NCBI GenBank assembly: GCA_044356295.1 | Contig: JBIKWN010000024.1 | Span: 1 to 32,912 of the forward strand | From: Bdellovibrionota bacterium | Lineage (GTDB): Bacteria > Bdellovibrionota_C > UBA2361 > JBIKWN01 | Reading direction: 5' to 3' | DNA: 32,912 nucleotides | Part shown: piece by piece, positions 1 to 7,056 of the stretch | Layout of the letters: each line of letters begins with the position of its first letter | Numbering within the stretch: position 1 is the stretch's first letter | Program-made: the position numbers and the translations under genes | Notes under the pieces: model-generated | Databases searched by the model: none | What the model saw: only the letters and a program-made list of their open reading frames with translations | What the model was told of the DNA's origin: nothing

Positions 1-1097
1 GCTAATGCAAACACGATCGGATCTTTTGCCATTGCTTGAACATCACTTCGCGAGATGGCTCCAGGAACAGAAACACCTAAAAATATATCAGCTCCACGTA
101 GTGCATCACTTAATGTGCCCTTTTCACTTTCAGGATTTGTATACTTTAGAACCTCATCTTTTTCAGAATTCATTCCAATTGGTCGGCCACGATAAACGAT
201 ACCTTTACTATCACAAGGAATAATATTTCTTGCACCTGCCTCATGCAGCATCTTTGTGCATGCAACTCCACCAGCACCAAATCCATTCACAACAATTTTT
301 ACATCGCCAATTTTCTTATTGAGAATTTTTAAAGCATTTAACATGCCAGCCAATACAACAACTGCTGTACCATGTTGGTCGTCATGAAACACTGGAATAT
401 TTAGCTCTGCTTGCAGTCTTCTTTCAATTTCAAAACAACGTGGTGCAGAGATATCTTCTAAATTTATCCCACCAAAAACAGTACTGATATTTTTAACTGT
501 TCTTATAATTTCTTCTGTATCTTGTGTTTCAAGACAGATTGGAAATGCATCAATACCTGCAAATTGTTTAAAGAGAACTGCTTTTCCTTCCATGACTGGA
601 ATAGCAGCTTTCGGTCCGATATTTCCAAGACCTAACACAGCACTACCATCACTAATAACAGCAACGGTATTTTTTTTAATTGTATATTCAAAAACAGCTT
701 CAGGATTTTTCTCGATATGAGTACAAACTCTTGCAACTCCTGGTGAGTATGCACGACTCAGTTCATCAAAATTTTGAATAATACTTTTAGAATCGACCGA
801 CAATTTTCCACCAATGTGCATATGAAAAGTGTCGTCGATACAAGAAATAAGTTCGACTGCTTCAAGTCCTCTAATTTTGGACTCAATCTCTTTCGCATGT
901 GCTTCACTGCGTGCCGCTATGGTTACAAGCCGTTCGTTGTAATGAAATGTGCTCTCTATCAGTGACATCTCGGCAAGTGAACCACCTAGCTGTGCAACTT
1001 CGCTTAGGATACTGGCAAACCTTCCAGGTTTATTCTCAATTTTCAAATGAACGGTGATTGAGTACGCGGCGCTTGTGTGTGGACTTGATACTGACAT
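1..1097 (-). CDS. NAD(P)-dependent malic enzyme with N-terminal ACT-like domain (3' end runs off window)
   Basis: Not in the ORF track. Manual translation from ATG at 1097 gives MSVSSPHTSAAYSITVHLKIENKPGRFASIL (ACT-like), then HIGGKL, LSRAYSPGVA, DGSAVLGLGNIG, PVMEGKAVLFK, GGINLEDISAPRCF, FHDDQHGTA and GFGAGG, all malic enzyme motifs. Confidence 0.95.
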   Translation of the reverse strand, partial: MSVSSPHTSAAYSITVHLKIENKPGRFASILSEVAQLGGSLAEMSLIESTFHYNERLVTIAARSEAHAKEIESKIRGLEAVELISCIDDTFHMHIGGKLSVDSKSIIQNFDELSRAYSPGVARVCTHIEKNPEAVFEYTIKKNTVAVISDGSAVLGLGNIGPKAAIPVMEGKAVLFKQFAGIDAFPICLETQDTEEIIRTVKNISTVFGGINLEDISAPRCFEIERRLQAELNIPVFHDDQHGTAVVVLAGMLNALKILNKKIGDVKIVVNGFGAGGVACTKMLHEAGARNIIPCDSKGIVYRGRPIGMNSEKDEVLKYTNPESEKGTLSDALRGADIFLGVSVPGAISRSDVQAMAKDPIVFAL

Positions 1098-1178
1098 AAC
1101 TATAAATGCTCTAACCTTTAGGCGAAGGCTCAATTCTAACTAAATTCACCCTTTTGCCGCAATTTTTTGAGGTCTAAA

Positions 1179-2270
1179 ATGATCCTTATGAGTGATCTTG
1201 CAGTAATAAGTCGAAAAAATAGCCGTTTGGCTTGGATAAGGCTTGAAGCTTTTCTTTCGACGAGGTCACCTAATACTCAAATAACCTATCGAGGTATCTT
1301 TAAAGAATGGTGTTCTTTTCTTGGCGCTATTCCTGAAACTGAAACGGGTACCAAAAAGATTCTCTCAGTAAATGATCTTCACGCTTTGAGTTATAGAAAA
1401 TGGCTTTTTACTCGCCCTGGTCAGAAAGCTCGGATGCAAAGATCAAGTACTGAGCAAAGAAAAAAATCAAAGTCTGTTTCAGTTGAAGTAAAATTTAACG
1501 ACAAAGAAAAAAAATCTGGTCTCGAAGCAACTCAAACAAATGCAACTGTATGGAAAAAACTTGCAGCTCTTCGAAGAATGTATCGAGTCTTAGTTGCGGC
1601 TGAATTAATTCGTTCTAATCCTTTTGATACTGATAAAGTTACACCACCACCGAAGGAATCAGGAAGAAAGCGCCCTACTGAAATGGTTCCTTTTGATCTC
1701 GTAAAGCAGATACTTTCTCTTCCTGATACCACTACTGAAAAAGGACTTCGTGATAAAGCATTACTGTGTGTTTTATTTGGTGCTGGTCTTCGTCGAAGTG
1801 AAGTAGCTAGTATTAGAATCGGAGATATAAAGCGCTCACATGCGGGCACTATTTACGTCACCCTTCGAGCAACGAAAGCTAAAAAAGATCAGCAATCAGC
1901 TTTTCCAGATTGGGTAAGTAGCGTCGTCTATGCGTATCTCGAAGTACGAAAAAAAATCCACAAAGCACGTGATGGTGATTTTGTTTTCTGTGCTTATCTT
2001 GGTCAGGCTGGAAAGACTCCTGTGAACCGCCCTATTTCACATTCTGGTATTTACAAGATGTTTAAAGAGTACGCACTACGAGCCGGCGTGTCTGAAGTTG
2101 TAAGCCCACACTCAGCAAGAGCTACTGCTATTACAAAACTATTAGACGATGGTTTGTCACATCGATTTGTTCAAGAGTTTTCGCGACATGCCTCAATACA
2201 AATGGTTGAAGTGTACGATAAACGTAGAATTGGAATCGATAGCAGTCCAGGTAAGAATCTGAAGTTCTAA
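1179..2270 (+). CDS. Tyrosine recombinase (XerC/XerD/integrase family)
   Basis: Catalytic residues present: R (GLRRSE), K (TKAK), HxxR (SPHSAR), H (SRH), Y (EVYD). Also GLRDKALL and an N-terminal core-binding domain (SPNTQITY...NATVWKKLAALRRMY...NPF). ATG at 1179 or 1188 preferred over TTG at 1167. Confidence 0.93.
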   Translation: MILMSDLAVISRKNSRLAWIRLEAFLSTRSPNTQITYRGIFKEWCSFLGAIPETETGTKKILSVNDLHALSYRKWLFTRPGQKARMQRSSTEQRKKSKSVSVEVKFNDKEKKSGLEATQTNATVWKKLAALRRMYRVLVAAELIRSNPFDTDKVTPPPKESGRKRPTEMVPFDLVKQILSLPDTTTEKGLRDKALLCVLFGAGLRRSEVASIRIGDIKRSHAGTIYVTLRATKAKKDQQSAFPDWVSSVVYAYLEVRKKIHKARDGDFVFCAYLGQAGKTPVNRPISHSGIYKMFKEYALRAGVSEVVSPHSARATAITKLLDDGLSHRFVQEFSRHASIQMVEVYDKRRIGIDSSPGKNLKF

Positions 2271-3661
2271 AATAGATAGAGCGCTAGTGGTGCACCAAGT
2301 AGAGGTACACTCGTTTTGGTACCATCTGGAAGCACTCTTTCTGGGACTAGTTCAATAGTGACATCCCCAATTAATTCATGAAGCGTTGATGCGAATAATC
2401 CGTTTCTATCTAATCCTTCAAGCACCCTACTATCCATTGCTAATCGAAGTGGCCTACCTTCTTGTTTCGCAACTTCCACACGGTGCGAAAGTGCAATAGC
2501 TGCCATCACTGCAGTAAGTTTTACAGCGCGCTCTGCGACAAAAGTTGTAATTTCTCGTAATGCATTCACTGCATCTGGTGTAAGGTCAGATTCAGGTGGC
2601 AATCCAAGAGAAGCTTTTAATTTTTCTAGATCGCTTATTGAAATATTCCCTTGATCAAGTATAGCTTCAACCGCATCAAATATCCTTGAGAACGCTATCG
2701 AGCCTTTCCCTTGCACACTTAGCATCGGAAACGTGAATTCATTGAGCGATGCAAGCATGGAACCACTCGAATCATTGTTCATAAAATATCCCTCAAGGAT
2801 TTTTATAAATCGTTTAGGATACCAGTTACCTGCTATAAATGATTCTATTGTAGTGTCATCAATTTTTTCCCAATCACATGCAGCAATCTCTGCTTTGATT
2901 CTTGCCCCACACTCGAGGTTTGTTAAGAAACCATTGATGATTGCTTCCATGTTAGAGCCTGACGAAGAAACACCTGCCGCATCCGGTTCGTTGCTTGCAG
3001 CAGTTCCCACAAATATTGTGTCATTGCCAATCACTAATCTATCTAATGATATATTTCTTCGAGCGGCTTCCTCTAAAAATATCTTCCCAATATCATCACC
3101 ATCTTTGAGCCCTTTAATAAATGGCTCATTCTTTCTGTAGTCAGTTCCATCATCTTTACCGACAACTTTAAGAGACACTCCTTTTGTTTCGCCTTCTAGC
3201 TGATAACATTCACCGTTATTCGACCAAACAATAGATACGTTTTTTACGCGAGAGATATCACCACCAGCGGCTGCAATCATCTCGTCGATGATATTTCCAA
3301 AATACTGCCTTATTGGTTCTTCTGGACTTATCTCATTTTTATTCATCCAACTTTGGTTGGGCCCTGATCCTTTTGGACTCGATTCGTATGTTTCAACGTT
3401 ATTCTCATCGTTTACGTAATGCTGAACTCTTGTGTTTGTTCCTCCGCAATCAACAACGAATGCTTCAAGTGGGAATTTTTCAATTTTTTTCGCTGGTATG
3501 AGCGAATTTTTATTTGCGAATTTGTTATTTCGGTAAGTATCGACAAGAGGTTTTAAGATTGAATCAATCGTAGTTAGCCCAACCTCTTTGAGGCGTTCTT
3601 TAACTGCATCAAGAGATAAACTTAAGTCGATGATTTTTGATCCTCTATCAGACATCTCCAT
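2267..3661 (-). CDS. Divergent hexokinase-family (eukaryote-type) sugar kinase
   Basis: VDCGGTNTRV (cf. DLGGTNFRV), IGNDT (catalytic NDT), SSGSN (cf. GTGTN), NLECG (cf. NxEWG), ESFIAG (cf. EKMISG), RAVKLTA (cf. RAARL), in the expected order. ATG at 3661 follows a GAGG Shine-Dalgarno. Confidence 0.78.
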   Translation of the reverse strand: MEMSDRGSKIIDLSLSLDAVKERLKEVGLTTIDSILKPLVDTYRNNKFANKNSLIPAKKIEKFPLEAFVVDCGGTNTRVQHYVNDENNVETYESSPKGSGPNQSWMNKNEISPEEPIRQYFGNIIDEMIAAAGGDISRVKNVSIVWSNNGECYQLEGETKGVSLKVVGKDDGTDYRKNEPFIKGLKDGDDIGKIFLEEAARRNISLDRLVIGNDTIFVGTAASNEPDAAGVSSSGSNMEAIINGFLTNLECGARIKAEIAACDWEKIDDTTIESFIAGNWYPKRFIKILEGYFMNNDSSGSMLASLNEFTFPMLSVQGKGSIAFSRIFDAVEAILDQGNISISDLEKLKASLGLPPESDLTPDAVNALREITTFVAERAVKLTAVMAAIALSHRVEVAKQEGRPLRLAMDSRVLEGLDRNGLFASTLHELIGDVTIELVPERVLPDGTKTSVPLLGAPLALYLF

Positions 3662-3694
3662 ACACACCTCTTTCTGTAAACAACGTTATAAAAG

Positions 3695-3723
3695 AGACTA
3701 GTACTACAGGAATTAGCTGTCTA
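3695..3723 (-). promoter_or_regulatory. Possible sigma70 promoter for the hexokinase gene
   Basis: Minus strand TAGACA-N17-TAGTCT, ending about 33 nt upstream of the ATG at 3661. Confidence 0.3.
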
Positions 3724-3755
3724 CACACATACCATAAAAGTCCCAAAGTAATCGA

Positions 3756-3769
3756 AAAGATTAATCTTT
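3756..3769. repeat. Perfect 14-bp palindrome AAAGATTAATCTTT
   Basis: Read directly from the sequence; intergenic. Confidence 0.8.
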
Positions 3770-3772
3770 CCC

Positions 3773-3799
3773 CTTCGCGTACTTCGCGACCTTCGCGTT
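3773..3799. repeat. Three tandem CTTCGCG units with 9-bp period
   Basis: CTTCGCG at 3773, 3782 and 3791, GC-rich within an AT-rich intergenic region. Confidence 0.85.
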
Positions 3800-3820
3800 A
3801 CAAAAATGTCTTCAGTTACG

Positions 3821-3865
3821 TCCTACAAGACAGTAGATACTTATCCTACGAACCTAGAAGTAGAT
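3821..3865. repeat. Two related small hairpin units TCCTAC-Nx-AGTAGAT
   Basis: TCCTACAAGACAGTAGAT (3821-3838) and TCCTACGAACCTAGAAGTAGAT (3844-3865), each with a CTAC/GTAG stem. Confidence 0.55.
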
Positions 3866-3873
3866 TAGTATAA

Positions 3874-4173
3874 TCAACCAGGAATCGTCTCTTCACTAAA
3901 GATAGTGTCCCAACCACCTTTTTGCCAAAAAGCCTTCCACTCAGCCTCAGCATAGCTAGGCTTACCTGATGGCTCTTTATGAGCCCAATATTCTGGATTT
4001 TCAGCCTTTTTAGTGTGCTTCGGGTGCAATGGTGACTTACACAGGACGTCAAATGGTTCCGCAATATACTGCAGCCAATACTTAGCTTTTACGAGGTCTT
4101 CTGGGGTAGAGACGATTTTAGCCTTTCCACCTTCAACAAGACGATAAATTACATAAGGGGTTTTCCATTCCAT
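3874..4173 (-). CDS. Small hypothetical protein (99 aa, Trp/Tyr/Lys-rich)
   Basis: ATG start, protein-like composition, fills the gap between sucA and the hexokinase; no family recognised. Confidence 0.7.
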   Translation of the reverse strand: MEWKTPYVIYRLVEGGKAKIVSTPEDLVKAKYWLQYIAEPFDVLCKSPLHPKHTKKAENPEYWAHKEPSGKPSYAEAEWKAFWQKGGWDTIFSEETIPG

Positions 4174-4248
4174 CCCCGAGATAGTCGGATAAAACTGGAA
4201 TAAAATTAATAGAATTTGTCTCGTTAAGATTAAATTAAGTATATTAAT

Positions 4249-4270
4249 GAAATATATCTAAATATATTTC
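4249..4270. promoter_or_regulatory. Perfect inverted repeat GAAATATAT-CTAA-ATATATTTC (possible protein-binding site)
   Basis: 9-4-9 inverted repeat directly after the sucA stop and upstream of the 99-aa gene. Confidence 0.45.
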
Positions 4271-7003
4271 TCAACCGATGTTCTTAATTACTAAATCAAT
4301 AACTTCTTTTTGTTCTACTTGATGGCGCTTATGTGAGCCGCATGCAGTAGAAGCTCTCTTTGGTCGCCCAATATAGTTTACTTTAAGATTGAGCTCATCT
4401 CTCAAGACCTCTGACATAAAGCTCCAAGCACCCTGATTTTGTGGCTCTTCTTGGACCCAAGTAACCTCACTGCTTTGAATAGCTTTCTTTAGCTCATTGA
4501 GAGGTGATGGATACAGTTGCTCAACACGAATGATACGAGCTGATTTACCAGAAGCCTTAAGTGCATTTACAACTTCATAGTAAATCTTTCCTGACATAAG
4601 GAAAGTTTGCTTAGCCTTCTTCTCGTCACCGATGACATCAGTAATTATTGGTTGAAATTCTGAATTCGTAAAATCAGATAACTTTGATGATGCATCAGGA
4701 AGTCTTAACAGACTCTTTGGTGTCATCACAACCACTGGTCGTTTAACTTCAGCAAGTGCATGACGTCTCAGTAGATGAAAATGCTGCGCACCGTTGGAAG
4801 GTATGTAAACAAAGATATTGTCTTCTGCACAAAGTTGAAGAAAACGCTCAATTCGAGCAGAGGAATGCTCTGGGCCTTGTCCTTCTGAACCGTGAGGCAG
4901 TAGCAGAACTAAACCTGACTGCATCCCCCACTTTAGCTCACCTGATGAAATGTATTGATCGATTATAACTTGAGCACCATTTGCAAAATCTCCAAACTGA
5001 GCTTCCCAAATTGTTAGCGAATGCGGGGCAATATTTGAATATCCATATTCAAAGCCCATTACTCCGCATTCAGAAAGCACAGAGTTAAACGCTTCGTATT
5101 TAGCCGCTGAAGGGTGAGTACTTTGAAGGCCGTTAAGCGGAATACATGTATCAAGTGTTTCAGTTGAATCTAAAACAGAATGGCGATGACTAAACGTTCC
5201 ACGACACGCATCCTGTCCTGAGACTCGAATAGGAACTCCTTCTAAAAGAAGGGATCCAAAAGCGAGTCCTTCTGCAACTCCCCACTCAATATTCTCGCCA
5301 GTAATTACGTTTTGAGCGCGCTTCTTAATGATATTTAATAATTTTTGATGGACAGCAAATTCAGCTGGCGTTTTATAAAGAGCTTCAGATACTTCTATAA
5401 GAGTATCTTTTTTAACCTTCGTTGAAGGTGACTTGAAATTCTTAATAGTGATTTTATTTACATCTTTAAGAGTCTTTGATTTTGTAGTCGCATTCTCAAA
5501 AAATTCTTGATATTTCTTTTGATATTCAGATAAGTCACTTGAAAGATCGACACCAACTGATTTCAGTTTTTCAACATATTGTTGAGCGATAGGAGCCTTG
5601 GCTTTAATCTCGCTATACATTAATGGTTGAGTGAAAGTCGGATCGTCTCCTTCGTTATGTCCGTATTTTCGGTAACAAATAAGATCAACGATAACATCTC
5701 GATTGAATTTTTGACGAAATTCCGAAGCAATCTCCATTACCCACGCACATGCTTCAACGTCTTCTCCGTTCACATGGAACACTGGAGCGTTAATTCCTTT
5801 TGCTAGGTCGGTACAGTAGGTAGTACCACGTGACTCATCTTCAGTTGCTGTGAATCCAATCTGATTATTAATTACTAAATGAAGTGTTCCTCCGCAGTCA
5901 TATCCTTTTGTTCCAACAAAATTGAGTGTTTCAAATACAACACCTTGTCCAGCGAAAGCAGAATCACCATGAATCAAAAATGGAACTGATTTCTTGCGGT
6001 CGCCGTTAAACTGATGATCTTGATCTGCTCTTACCTGTCCTTCGACAATTGCGTTTACAAATTCTAGATGCGAAGGATTATTAGCTAATGATACTTCAAG
6101 AGAATATCCGCCTAATCCATTATAGGTTGCCTCTGAACCAAGGTGATATTTAACATCTCCAGAACCGTTTATTGTTGCGTATGTTGTGTCTTCAAATTCA
6201 CAAACCAATTCTTCAAGAGGCTTTCCACAGATATTAACAAGCGTCGTTAATCGTCCACGGTGCGCCATTCCAATTCGAGATCGCTCAGCGCCGTGCTCAG
6301 CTAATTTACTGAGTGCAATTTGAATCATTGCTGCTGCTGTTTCAGAACCCTCAACCGAAAAACGTTTTGCCCCTACAAATCTCTTGTGAAGAAGTGCTTC
6401 AAGCTCAGCCGCATCACTAATTGATTTTAATAAAAACTTTTTTGTTTCTACTGGATAGTTTGGCTTTCCATCACTTTCAATTTTCAATCTAAGAAACTCA
6501 CGCTCAGATTGTTCAGTTAAGTGCATATACTCGAAGCCAACGGTGTTGGAATAAGTGTCTTGAAGTTTACTTACGATTTCAGAAAGAGAAGCTGTTCCTT
6601 CTGAGAGCAATCCTTCAGTAAAAAAAGGAGTTTCTAAATCTGATGAATTCAGTCCGTGAGAGTCGATATGTAACTCTTCTTTTTCTGGTCTAGTAACGAT
6701 TCCTTTTGTAAGAGGATTTATCTTTGAGTGGAAATGACCATTAGTTCGGTAAAGGTCGATTAACCGAGATACTTGCGCCTGTTTTTTAACAAGTTCGAGC
6801 GTTACTCCCTGTGGTAGTGAGTAATTTTCACCTGTTTCGGTTGATAGATTTGATGCTTCAAGTTCACGAAAAAATTGTGTCCAAGGCTCCCCTACAGATG
6901 ACGGATCAGAGCGGAAATGGGTGTAGAGTTCTCGAATAAAGCTGGCGTTTGTACCAAACTGAGAAAACAACTCTTCAGATAATAAGCTTTCGGTATTAGA
7001 CAT
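4271..7003 (-). CDS. sucA: 2-oxoglutarate dehydrogenase E1 component
   Basis: GAKRFSVEG, GMAHRGRL, GDVKYHLG, NPSHLE, TPP motif GDSAFAGQG...NNQIGFT, GHNEGD, WEAQFGDFANGAQ, GQGPEHSSAR. ATG at 7003, or GTG at 7018. Confidence 0.98.
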   Translation of the reverse strand: MSNTESLLSEELFSQFGTNASFIRELYTHFRSDPSSVGEPWTQFFRELEASNLSTETGENYSLPQGVTLELVKKQAQVSRLIDLYRTNGHFHSKINPLTKGIVTRPEKEELHIDSHGLNSSDLETPFFTEGLLSEGTASLSEIVSKLQDTYSNTVGFEYMHLTEQSEREFLRLKIESDGKPNYPVETKKFLLKSISDAAELEALLHKRFVGAKRFSVEGSETAAAMIQIALSKLAEHGAERSRIGMAHRGRLTTLVNICGKPLEELVCEFEDTTYATINGSGDVKYHLGSEATYNGLGGYSLEVSLANNPSHLEFVNAIVEGQVRADQDHQFNGDRKKSVPFLIHGDSAFAGQGVVFETLNFVGTKGYDCGGTLHLVINNQIGFTATEDESRGTTYCTDLAKGINAPVFHVNGEDVEACAWVMEIASEFRQKFNRDVIVDLICYRKYGHNEGDDPTFTQPLMYSEIKAKAPIAQQYVEKLKSVGVDLSSDLSEYQKKYQEFFENATTKSKTLKDVNKITIKNFKSPSTKVKKDTLIEVSEALYKTPAEFAVHQKLLNIIKKRAQNVITGENIEWGVAEGLAFGSLLLEGVPIRVSGQDACRGTFSHRHSVLDSTETLDTCIPLNGLQSTHPSAAKYEAFNSVLSECGVMGFEYGYSNIAPHSLTIWEAQFGDFANGAQVIIDQYISSGELKWGMQSGLVLLLPHGSEGQGPEHSSARIERFLQLCAEDNIFVYIPSNGAQHFHLLRRHALAEVKRPVVVMTPKSLLRLPDASSKLSDFTNSEFQPIITDVIGDEKKAKQTFLMSGKIYYEVVNALKASGKSARIIRVEQLYPSPLNELKKAIQSSEVTWVQEEPQNQGAWSFMSEVLRDELNLKVNYIGRPKRASTACGSHKRHQVEQKEVIDLVIKNIG

Positions 7004-7056
7004 AGTACAATTATCCACCTCGTTTTAAAGTGAAGTCAACGAGTTATCCTTAAAAA

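Noticed and set aside
3821..3865. Resemblance of the CTAC/GTAG hairpins to Cas12a repeat stems (TCTAC...GTAGA)
   Set aside because: Only two non-identical units 5 nt apart, no spacers, and no cas genes in the window; not a CRISPR array.
1179..4270. Integron (IntI plus cassettes) or prophage
   Set aside because: No IntI-specific insertion in the catalytic domain, no convincing attC sites, no phage genes and no tRNA target seen.
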